NCBI GenBank assembly: GCA_051599415.1
Contig: AP039714.1
Coordinates: forward strand, 1-64,000
DNA length: 64,000 nt
Reading direction: 5' to 3'
DNA from: Savitreella phatthalungensis
Taxonomy: Eukaryota
The position numbers and the translations under genes were made by a program. Positions 55,217-64,000 of this stretch are shown here, in pieces. Numbering within the stretch: position 1 is the first letter of the stretch; each line of letters begins with the position of its first letter. The notes beneath the pieces are model-generated. The model worked only from the letters and a program-made list of their open reading frames with translations, did not search any database and was not told the DNA's origin.

Positions 55217-55734
55217 GATGCCATCTGATGTTCCGAGATTTCAGCTCAACATTCTCTGTGATCTCCGCTCGGCGGATCATTCACAAAAGCGGCATGACTC
55301 CAGTCAGACTCGCACAAACATGAAAGGTCTTTCTTTGGCTCTCAAGCCAGTCGGACATTCCACCCAAAAGTGATTTCATTCGATTTCAATCGATGCAGCG
55401 ACAGTTTTTGTTTTTTCAATTTCCTTTTCAGCGACGGCACTCCTCACTCAAACTCACTCTTTCATTCAGTAGAACCACCCATACCCATCCAGTCCTCATC
55501 TCTCATAACAGCTTCTACCGACAACCTCGATTACATAGACAGACACACGCTCACACATACACACACTCCTCTCATCACATCTCATCTCATCACTTAATAT
55601 AGATTGATCACCAGGCACATGTCATTTCCCCTTTCTTGCACGTGATTGATCAACCTCCATATATACAGTATCTTTCTTCTTGATCTGCTAACTCATCGTG
55701 ACGTCTGCAACGCCGGTCTCCTCTACAGTCAGTC

Positions 55735-57630
55735 ATGTTGCCAGAGGATGCATACGAACGCCGTGATGAGGTGCCAAATTCCTCCAAGACAGCCAATGAT
55801 GTGGCCAGCGCGACGCACAATGGCGGCAACGAAAGGTCCAATGATCATTCAGAGCCTTCGCGCAAACGCGACATCGCCTCGACAGAGCCGGCACGCAAAC
55901 GCGTCCGGGGACAGAACAAAGGTCGGAAATTCACGGATTCTCATGATGACATTCGACTTTGTCCTTCAAGGGCACTAGCCCGTTCATGCGAGCGCCTACA
56001 ATGCAACTTCGAACACTCCTTGAAGAACTACATCCCCACAAAACCAGCCGACATCGATGCCACGTGCCCCGTCTACCAGCAGCAAGGTGTCTGTGAGGCC
56101 GGCTTCAGGTGTCGGTGGCTCTCATCCCACTGCAACAAGATAGGCGACGACTACGATGCATGGACGCTGACATACGATACGCAACACGGCGCCGGAGAGC
56201 AGCTCGAGAACGTAATCGATCAGGACAAGATGTTCGAACTTCGGAGGCGGAGATACCCTCTCCCGAAGAGTGACGCATTGCTTCGAGAACAAGACAGACG
56301 GCAGGGTACAGAGGACAATGGTGGTGTAGGCGATCGATACGAGCTACCATTTGTCATCCAGGAGAAGCGGAAGCTGGACTGGTCAGGCGCAAAGGTGCTT
56401 GCGCCGCTCACAACCGTCGGCAACCTACCATTCCGTAGACTCTGCCGCGATTACGGCGCTGATGCCACATACAGCGAGATGGCGCTCTCCCTCCCACTGC
56501 TCACGGGTGCCAAGGGCGACTGGGCATTGTCTCGGAGTCATGCGAGCGAGCGCGACACCCGTAACGGCAGACGTGGATTGTTCGGCATGCAGCTTGCCGG
56601 ACCGAAGCCGTTCATGAACGTCAAAGCTGCTGAGATACTTTCGACAGAATTCCCACAGACCCTCGACTTCATCGATCTCAACTGCGGCTGTCCAATTGAT
56701 CTCGTCTTCAAGCAGGGTGCAGGCTCTGCGCTACTTGACAACCATGGCAGACTTCTCAAGATCCTTCGAGGCATGTCAGCTGTCAGCGGCAGCACGCCTA
56801 TCACTGTCAAGATCCGGACGGGCGTGCTTGACGATAAGCACACCGCTGGCAAGCTGTTGTGGAAGTTGCAGCGGGACGTGCCTGTCGACATGGTCTGTCT
56901 CCACGGCCGGTCTCGCCGTCAGCGGTACTCGCGCAATGCCGACTGGAGCTATATTTCGGAGTGTGCCCGCCAGGTTGCGGACTACAAGGCCGCCTTCAGC
57001 GAGCAGGAACCCGCCCAGGAAGTGTCTGCGGATTGCGGTCCCGCATCTCGCGTGGTCAATGCATGGGGATACGCTCCAGAAAAGCGTCTTTCTTTCCTCG
57101 GAAACGGCGACGTCTACACCTGGCAGGACTACCACGAGCACATCGAGCAGACGAAGGTGGACGGATGCATGGTCGCCCGAGGAGCTCTGATCAAGCCCTG
57201 GGTGTTCGAGGAGATCGACCGCAAGGTATACCTTGACTATGATGCGAACGAGCGCATGCGTATGCTACAACGGTACTGCTCAAATGGCCTCGAGTACTGG
57301 GGATCCGATCAGATGGGCGTCGACAAGACCCGCAGATTCCTACTTGAATTCCTGTCGTTTCACCATCGCTACGTCCCGTGCGGTCTCCTGCCGCAGGACA
57401 CCCGACCTGATGTCAAAGGCATCCGCGGCACGCTCGCAAAACCGGGTACAGAGGGTGTCCTCTCGGCGCGCGATGATATGGAGATGTTGCTCTCTTCTGG
57501 TTCAGCCGAAGACTGGATCAAGATCTCCAATAAGCTTCTCGGTAGAGCAAAGGACTCGTTTGTGTTTGTGCCAAAGCACAAATCGAGCGCTCAGCCAGGC
57601 GCAGACGTCGAGGTCGAGGCTGAAGGATAG
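55735..57630 (+). CDS. DUS3: tRNA-dihydrouridine(47) synthase Dus3
   Basis: RGQNKGR, CCCH fingers, LAPLTTVGNLPFRRLC, DLNCGCPIDL, HGRSR.QRY..ADW and MVARGALIKPW.F.EI. Confidence 0.96.
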   Translation: MLPEDAYERRDEVPNSSKTANDVASATHNGGNERSNDHSEPSRKRDIASTEPARKRVRGQNKGRKFTDSHDDIRLCPSRALARSCERLQCNFEHSLKNYIPTKPADIDATCPVYQQQGVCEAGFRCRWLSSHCNKIGDDYDAWTLTYDTQHGAGEQLENVIDQDKMFELRRRRYPLPKSDALLREQDRRQGTEDNGGVGDRYELPFVIQEKRKLDWSGAKVLAPLTTVGNLPFRRLCRDYGADATYSEMALSLPLLTGAKGDWALSRSHASERDTRNGRRGLFGMQLAGPKPFMNVKAAEILSTEFPQTLDFIDLNCGCPIDLVFKQGAGSALLDNHGRLLKILRGMSAVSGSTPITVKIRTGVLDDKHTAGKLLWKLQRDVPVDMVCLHGRSRRQRYSRNADWSYISECARQVADYKAAFSEQEPAQEVSADCGPASRVVNAWGYAPEKRLSFLGNGDVYTWQDYHEHIEQTKVDGCMVARGALIKPWVFEEIDRKVYLDYDANERMRMLQRYCSNGLEYWGSDQMGVDKTRRFLLEFLSFHHRYVPCGLLPQDTRPDVKGIRGTLAKPGTEGVLSARDDMEMLLSSGSAEDWIKISNKLLGRAKDSFVFVPKHKSSAQPGADVEVEAEG

Positions 57631-59447
57631 ACTATGAAAATGGCAGCACAGATAGCAACCAGTAGAATCCACCACATCTCGTGCAGTCGTGATCCAATAC
57701 TGTCGTCCTCTCCCTGTAATACGACTGTTGTACGGCCGGGCGGCAGGTCAATTTCCACGATTCCCTCGACCGCAACGGCTGTGCTCGATCTTCCTTCTAG
57801 CTTGATGACGAGGGTTCGCCTCGAGGGCACAAACATCTCGGAAACGCCACCGACGCCATCAAACCTCACGACGTAGTGCTTTCCCTGATTCCCACTGCGA
57901 AGTATCCGTCCTGCGCACCGGATCATGTACGGCTTGATCCAGCCATCTGTCGCTCTGAGCTTGTCGCCGTGCGTGACAAGACTGAGATCCTCGCGGTTCC
58001 ACAGGTCGCCGTCGGCGCCGCCTGTGTTCTCTGGCGTGTAGTTCCACAGCGTCCAGCCAAGCTTCCGACTCTCCATCGCACTAGTCATGATGTCGAGCAT
58101 GAGCGTCGGGTCACCTGGCTCTGCGTCGAAGGGTACCCCTGTCTCGCCGATGACAACAGGGACGCCCATGAATGCGGGCGCAGTGCGGTCGTACTGTTTG
58201 GCGTAGTTGCGTCTGCAGCCAGCCTGGCCGAAGTAGACGTGCTTCCACAGCTTCCTAGACCCCTTGCCGAGCGCGCCGACGTCGAACGTCACCGTCGGCG
58301 ACCACCGCTTCTCGAACAGCGCCTTCAGGTCGTACCAGTGTGGTGCGGCAACGAGGAGATCCTGATTGGCCGGTCGCAATCTAGCAACGATGTGTGCGAC
58401 GTTGCTGTGCGGCACAGGCTCGACAAACAGGAGAAGCGACCTCCGACCGACAGCCTCCCTCGCCCTATCGATTGCCCTCTGCAGAAACGCCACATACACG
58501 TCCTCGAAGTCTCGATCGAGGTCGAAGACCGGCTCGTCGCCGAGCCAGAGCGATCGCTCTGGCGTGATGGTTGTCCTGCCAACTATCCGTGTCGGCCACG
58601 GCCACGACCGTTTGTAGTGTGGGACTGTCTGTGGGATGCCTCTGGCGAGCCCGATGGCCTGGTTGGCGCTGGGCATGTCGCCGAGGTGGAGGTAGAGCCC
58701 TTCGTCGTACTTGTTCATGTCCTGGAGACCTAGCCAGCCCGGATGTGGCTCGTTCATCGCATCAAACCCGACCACGTTCTCCAGTCCTGCAACCGCTCCG
58801 AACACCTCCCCAACCATCCCCAAGTACGCGTCCATCAGCCCGGCCTCGCCCGTCCAGAAGAGCGTGAACATGGCATTGACTGCGAACTTTGCGTAGTTTG
58901 TAGGCCACAGGTCGGCTGGGTTTGTGAGTGCCGCCCCACAGTCTTCCAGCCGAGTGATGTCGATCCCGGCTTGGTGGAATGTCCAGGCTGGTGCGCCGCT
59001 GCCGCCTGAGTATCGCGACCAGCAGTCCTGGTGGATGTCGATGACGACCAACAGCCCTGCGTTCCCGGCAGATTCCACAACCGACCGCAGGTAGCTCAGG
59101 AACGATCGGTCGTATACACCGCGGCCCTCGTGCTCCACAGCCTCCCACACGACCACCAGCCGTACCAGCCGGCATCCAGCGTCGTGCAGCCGCGCCCAGT
59201 GTGCATAGGCGGCATCGAGGGTGAAAGGTCGACCGACGAACGTGATGTCATCAGGTGACGATGGGTTTGAGATTGGTAGCTTGCACGCTCCGGAGACGTT
59301 GACGCCCCGTAGGGTAATCTCGCGATCGTGGTCGTCGACGAAGATGTTGCCCTTGACATGAATCCGTGGTAGTCGATCTAAGGGTTTTGGCGGAGGACGT
59401 TGAGGTTCAGTGATGAGCTCGCCGTCCTCCCATCGAAGAGTTGGCAT
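57591..59447 (-). CDS. Glycoside hydrolase family 5, endoglycoceramidase-related (EGCrP/Egh1-like), C-terminal TM
   Basis: LRGVNVSG..K.P, FVGRPF, WEAVEH.G.G.YD, D.HQD.WSR.SGGSGAP.W, acid/base NEP, APHWYD, nucleophile IGETG.P and D.WN.EDLS. Confidence 0.9.
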   Translation of the reverse strand: MPTLRWEDGELITEPQRPPPKPLDRLPRIHVKGNIFVDDHDREITLRGVNVSGACKLPISNPSSPDDITFVGRPFTLDAAYAHWARLHDAGCRLVRLVVVWEAVEHEGRGVYDRSFLSYLRSVVESAGNAGLLVVIDIHQDCWSRYSGGSGAPAWTFHQAGIDITRLEDCGAALTNPADLWPTNYAKFAVNAMFTLFWTGEAGLMDAYLGMVGEVFGAVAGLENVVGFDAMNEPHPGWLGLQDMNKYDEGLYLHLGDMPSANQAIGLARGIPQTVPHYKRSWPWPTRIVGRTTITPERSLWLGDEPVFDLDRDFEDVYVAFLQRAIDRAREAVGRRSLLLFVEPVPHSNVAHIVARLRPANQDLLVAAPHWYDLKALFEKRWSPTVTFDVGALGKGSRKLWKHVYFGQAGCRRNYAKQYDRTAPAFMGVPVVIGETGVPFDAEPGDPTLMLDIMTSAMESRKLGWTLWNYTPENTGGADGDLWNREDLSLVTHGDKLRATDGWIKPYMIRCAGRILRSGNQGKHYVVRFDGVGGVSEMFVPSRRTLVIKLEGRSSTAVAVEGIVEIDLPPGRTTVVLQGEDDSIGSRLHEMWWILLVAICAAIFIVYPSASTSTSAPG

Positions 59448-59676
59448 GACGCCGGCCTGATTTTGTGGAGTTGCTGGTCAGTATGCCATGCGTCAATCAA
59501 TATGAAGGATCGACGACATGCAGGTGAAAGCCGCGGAACTACGAAAGACATACACGTCACGTGCGCACACAGCAAAAGGTGCAAGGACATGGCATCCGAT
59601 ATCTATATGCAGGCCTGATGTTCTGTGTTTTCATGCTCGTTATGATGCTGTAAGTTACGGAAGGCAGCGCAATGAA

Positions 59677-61503
59677 CTATGTCGAATAGGCAGGACCGGC
59701 AGATGTGCTCTGGGGAAGCGTCCATCGGACAGGTGAATCACTCGAGCTCTTGTGGCTGCAGCAGAAGCAGTGGACGCAGCTGATAGAGTTGATTTCGAAT
59801 CGGACGTTGTCGACAGAGTCAGGGTTCTTGGCGTCGGAATCCTTATGATAGAGGTAAACGCCTCCGGGGCACAAATTCTGCTCGAGACCTTTGTACTTCG
59901 GGTATGAAATCTTGGTGTGTTCTTCGCGATTAGCAGCCTCGACAATCTTGAGGTGGACTGGAATGGCCTCGTCGTGATTCGTGCCGGACGCAGCGACGGC
60001 GGTCGGAAGGTCGAAGCTGATCTTGTTGTCCGGCTTCGGGTAGTCGATTGGCTTGAAGTTGTCGGCAGGCTGAGTCTTGTTGCGGTCTTCGGCGCCGTGG
60101 TCAAAGGTGAAAGGCACTCGGCCTTTGAGAATCATCGAGTCTAGACCAGACCACATCATGCCACCGAGCGTGCCAAACTTTGTGAAGGCAGGTCTGATGT
60201 TTCTGACCTCCTTCAGATCGTCGTAGATCCACGAGTTTTTGATCGCCTCGGCGTAGCTCTCGAGCTCGACTTTGGCTCCATGGTCCTCACCCTTCTCTAA
60301 CTCGTCGAATAGACTCTGCGCAGCACGGACACCACTGCCCATGGCGTAGTGGCTGCCCTTGATGGCAGGTGTAGAGACGAAACCGGCGGAACAGCCGAGC
60401 AGGGATGCTCCGGGCACAGTCAGATGTGGCACGGACTGAAGACCACCTTCGTTGATGACACGAGCACCATAGGAGATGAGCTTGCCACCCTCGAGTACGG
60501 ATCGGAAGAGCGGGTGCTGCTTCATCCGCTGGAATTCGAGAGGAATGCTGGTGTATGGGTTCGCATAGTCGAGACCTCCGGCGATACCAATGGCCACGCG
60601 GTTGTCGTTGTAGAAGTAGGTGAATGCTCCGCCAAAGACCTGCTCCTGTCGCTCCAGGGATTGCAGAGGCCAACCGAGCGTGTGCCAGACTTCACCATTG
60701 CGTCCGTGTGGCTCCTTCGTCTGCCACACGTCCTTGACACCTAGAGCCATCGTGCTGACTGCGGAGTTCTTCCGCAGATCGTACTTAGCAATCAGCTGAC
60801 GTGTGAGATAACCGCCTGCGCCCTCTGCTAAGAAGACGTGCTTGGCCTTGAAAGCCAGTCCGCGCTGGTATTCATCGGTTGGCATTTCGTTCCGACCGAC
60901 GCCAAGATCCGATGTTGCGACACCGACGACTGCGCCGTCCTCATATAGCAATTCAGATCCACCGAATCCGGGGTAGAGCTCGACACCGAGCCCCTCTGCC
61001 TTCTCTGACATCCATCGGACGATGTTGGACAATTCGACGATGTAATTTCCGTGGTTGTCCATCTGTGGTGGTGCAGGCAGAGGGTATTGCGAGGTCTTGC
61101 TGAGCCAGTACATGCGATCCGTTGTGGCTGGCTGCATGACGGGCTTGTCGTCCGATTGCTCGAAGCCGGGGAAGAGCTCGTTAAGGGCTCTTGGATTCAT
61201 GACACAGCCAGAGAGGATATGTGCGCCCATGTCTGGTGCTTTCTCGAGGACGACGACGCGATACTTGTCGCCTGCGAGCTGCTTCATCTTGATGGCTGCT
61301 GCGAGGCCGGCTGGTCCGCCGCCGACTATACAGAGGTCGACCTCGTCCTCTGCACGCTCACCATACTCATCTGGATTGAATGAGGTGACAGTGGCGAGCT
61401 GCCGAATTGGTGCGACTGATCTTGTCCTTGCCACAGCAGGAGCAAATCTGGAAGCTGGCACTGTAGCTCTGTTGAGCGTGTGTGTGAGTGTCCGGGTGAA
61501 CAT
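59677..61503 (-). CDS. CIR2: Electron transfer flavoprotein-ubiquinone oxidoreductase (divergent)
   Basis: Mitochondrial presequence, IVGGGPAGL, GAHILSG, YGAR.INEGG.QS.P, PIDYPKPD.KISFD, SGTNH and Fe-S ligands CPGGVY...CVHCxxC. Confidence 0.9.
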   Translation of the reverse strand: MFTRTLTHTLNRATVPASRFAPAVARTRSVAPIRQLATVTSFNPDEYGERAEDEVDLCIVGGGPAGLAAAIKMKQLAGDKYRVVVLEKAPDMGAHILSGCVMNPRALNELFPGFEQSDDKPVMQPATTDRMYWLSKTSQYPLPAPPQMDNHGNYIVELSNIVRWMSEKAEGLGVELYPGFGGSELLYEDGAVVGVATSDLGVGRNEMPTDEYQRGLAFKAKHVFLAEGAGGYLTRQLIAKYDLRKNSAVSTMALGVKDVWQTKEPHGRNGEVWHTLGWPLQSLERQEQVFGGAFTYFYNDNRVAIGIAGGLDYANPYTSIPLEFQRMKQHPLFRSVLEGGKLISYGARVINEGGLQSVPHLTVPGASLLGCSAGFVSTPAIKGSHYAMGSGVRAAQSLFDELEKGEDHGAKVELESYAEAIKNSWIYDDLKEVRNIRPAFTKFGTLGGMMWSGLDSMILKGRVPFTFDHGAEDRNKTQPADNFKPIDYPKPDNKISFDLPTAVAASGTNHDEAIPVHLKIVEAANREEHTKISYPKYKGLEQNLCPGGVYLYHKDSDAKNPDSVDNVRFEINSISCVHCFCCSHKSSSDSPVRWTLPQSTSAGPAYST

Positions 61504-61794
61504 TGTGTTTCGATCAAGGATAGTCTCCTAATCTTAGCAATGTTGATCCGTTGCCACTAACTGGAGACTGGCCAAGCAGGTGTGAACACTGAGTGGAACC
61601 AATCACTGGCTGGTTGAGCGCGCTGCCAAGCTGTCCTGAGCAATGTCTCGAGTTAAGATGGAATCTGGACAGCTGCAAGTCGTGATTCCTTCTTGACAGG
61701 TGACCGAGTAGAAGCGCGTGGTTGACCCTGTAGATCCTGGTTGATGCTAGCTTCCTTTGAACTATTGCAATCAATTTGACTTGACTGCTGCTGA

Positions 61795-61925
61795 AGGATG
61801 TGAGTGAGTACGTGAGTGAGGTGCGAGTATATGAGTGCTAGTGTGTGTATGTCTCTGACAGGGTGCGTTCGTGTAAGATGCATATGGTGGTTATTGGAGG
61901 TGTGCATATGCATGCATGTGTCTAG
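61795..61925. repeat. GT/GA-rich simple-sequence tract
   Basis: TGAG/TGTG/ATGC low-complexity runs upstream of the ETF-QO gene. Confidence 0.5.
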
Positions 61926-64000
61926 GCTGATGCAGCTCTTGCTTACTCCACACCATCCCTGGTTGGATATTGTTTAATTCTGTTTCTTCCTATCCTCACT
62001 TTTCTTCCTATATTTCCCCGGCCATGCATATATATACTGTAGCGTGTGTAAGCACATATGTGCATCGAACAAGTAATAATAACTAACAAGCTGAAGATAT
62101 CTGTCTGTCTGATCGAGTAACTGACAACAGGAATCAAAAACCGATTGAGCACCTGCATTCAAGCTCGGTGATCGGCGCATACCGGAACAATTTGAATTCA
62201 ATTCTCCAAATATACCGAATGATATTAGTGTTGAGACGCAGACTGGTATAAATTCATTATGATTATGTTGTGCATGCATGGTGAGCAAATGTCACGCAAT
62301 AGATTTTGTGAATGGCACCTAATTGAACTAATAGATTTTTATTCAATATTGAATAAATAGGATAAATTGATCAGAAACTGATCGAGTCAATGAACCGCGG
62401 CATTGATTCAATCAACCAACTCTCTACTGACGATGAAATTTGCATGTGTCACTGACATGTGCGTGCTTACTCACAGTACGTATACTCTTTGATCAGCAGC
62501 TAGAGACAGTAAAATATTCGAAGGGCTCAGTAAAGACAGCACGTGATTGAGGCAATAGAACCTCATCACATCTTCCAATTGCCTGTATACAAGAGGCGTC
62601 TGTCAGAGTCCGCACTGCTAGTCATGCTCGAGGGGAGAACAGAATCATCGACCTCACAAACGCTCAGAGCACCTCGGAGACGATCAATCAATTGTATGAC
62701 TCAAGAACATCCTCTTTTACCTATGATTGAATGTGCGCACTCAACCATTATACTCCATCCTGGTCCTCCTGGATTTTCTAAGATCCATCGAGCCATGTCA
62801 GTTGCCTCATGAACGCAGACATTCACTCCTGGCTGATTGTCTAGTCACCAAATAATTGTGTCAGCGGCTTAGATGAGTTCCCGCAAAATACATAGTCCGA
62901 ACTCAATCGAAGTCTCTTGTGTCCTTCTCGTTTGAGACAAGGCTCGTTGAAGTAAATGGCAGATCAAATACAGCTTGACTGAGTAGATGGTGCATCTCCC
63001 GAAATAGCACCTATTGACACACTCGAGACTCAGCCATTATCGGAGAATGTACATTCGTCACCGAAAGCAATCAACCAACCTGTTATACGATAATCATCAT
63101 CAATCACTCTAAACACACAGCAAGCGAGCGAGCGAGACGTCATCTTGGGACCACAGCGCATCGGAGAAAAAGACAAACACAGCGAGACACGGTTGTTCGA
63201 GATGTCTGTCCTCGTTCAAACGCATATGTCTCAATTGATGCCTGATCGAGCATCTTCACCCGTTGGACCCGATGCACTAGAAATTCGCTGGCGCGTCACT
63301 CAAATACCGGTATGGGCCTCCGCACTGACACATAGTAATGTCGAGAGACATCTCTACTTATGTGCGCTGCCGATGATGCTAGCGGACGTGTACGGCATCA
63401 GGAGCCTTTTTCCCCGGATCCTGATGTCTGGTCCGCAAGAAGGTAACAGAGAGACCAAGGCGGTGGATGGGTGAGACCTCCCGCTTGCTAATCGCACCTC
63501 GAGCATCATCGCTCGGCAGGCCTTTGTTGCAAGACAATGCATTGCCAGTGTATCCAAGCTCCACCCTCTGCAGCAGTCTACGCTCGGATACCGTCCTCAG
63601 TCAACTGGAGGTTTTCTTCCTTCCCAGCTTATTCTGTTTTAAAGTTCTGAATGTGGACTCGGTCGAATTCGATCGCAAATGCACAAAGTCTGGCCGATTG
63701 CGGTGTATTTTCCCGCGGAACGGCTTCTCAGCCAATCAGAGTCAAATTCAAATCGCCGCTCGCGTCGACTAGCGAGCGGAGGAGGTATGTGCGCGGTCGA
63801 CCCACTTGCCGGACATCCTCAAAGGGGAAGTGGTAACCGAGACAAGGTCAAGTCGACCTGTCTTGACGCGTTTGAACTGGAAGACTATGTTTCTCAGAAC
63901 CGGAATGACCTCAGTCGATGGAGGGTGCGCTTGAATCGGTAACAGACCAACGATCGAGCCAGGCGGATGTCCACATTACCGGGTCGAAACACAAACCCCT

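Noticed and set aside
61510..64000. Short ORFs and possible RNA genes at the window end
   Set aside because: No recognisable domains, tRNA cloverleaf or snRNA motifs by eye.

Overview
This window is the left end of a fungal chromosome. The gene set and compact layout suggest a Taphrinomycotina-like ascomycete, which is inference only. Bases 1-71 are an untrimmed Oxford Nanopore ligation adapter plus native barcode NB06 and are not genomic. A short (CCCTAA)n telomere follows. The ~11.5 kb subtelomere contains CpG-decayed repeats and two well-preserved, highly structured tandem arrays: an 898-bp higher-order repeat carrying CACGTG-flanked perfect hairpins, and an array of GACAAACGGCGCCA motifs spaced 31-33 bp apart. 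It also holds a secreted Ser/Thr-rich protein gene, probable pseudogene remnants and three solo-LTR-like copies that differ largely by CpG transitions. From ~11.7 kb the region is gene-dense: ILV2, a GPI-anchored truncated-globin-like protein, a DUF1996-WSC-CBM52 protein, a PS decarboxylase, an ABCG transporter, NTF2 (4 introns, absent from the ORF track), Hva1-TUDOR, a C2H2 TF, an AidB-like ACAD, GDS1-like, NDC80, PEX14, seipin, SurE, TRM732, a Pch1-like cyclin, ORC3, SRP2, NST1, RHO2, a KIN4/Ppk1 kinase, BAP31/YET3, SFP1, DUS3, a GH5 EGCrP and a divergent ETF-QO. The best candidates for undescribed biology are the subtelomeric array architecture, the CpG-directed decay of repeats and the cell-surface globin-like protein.
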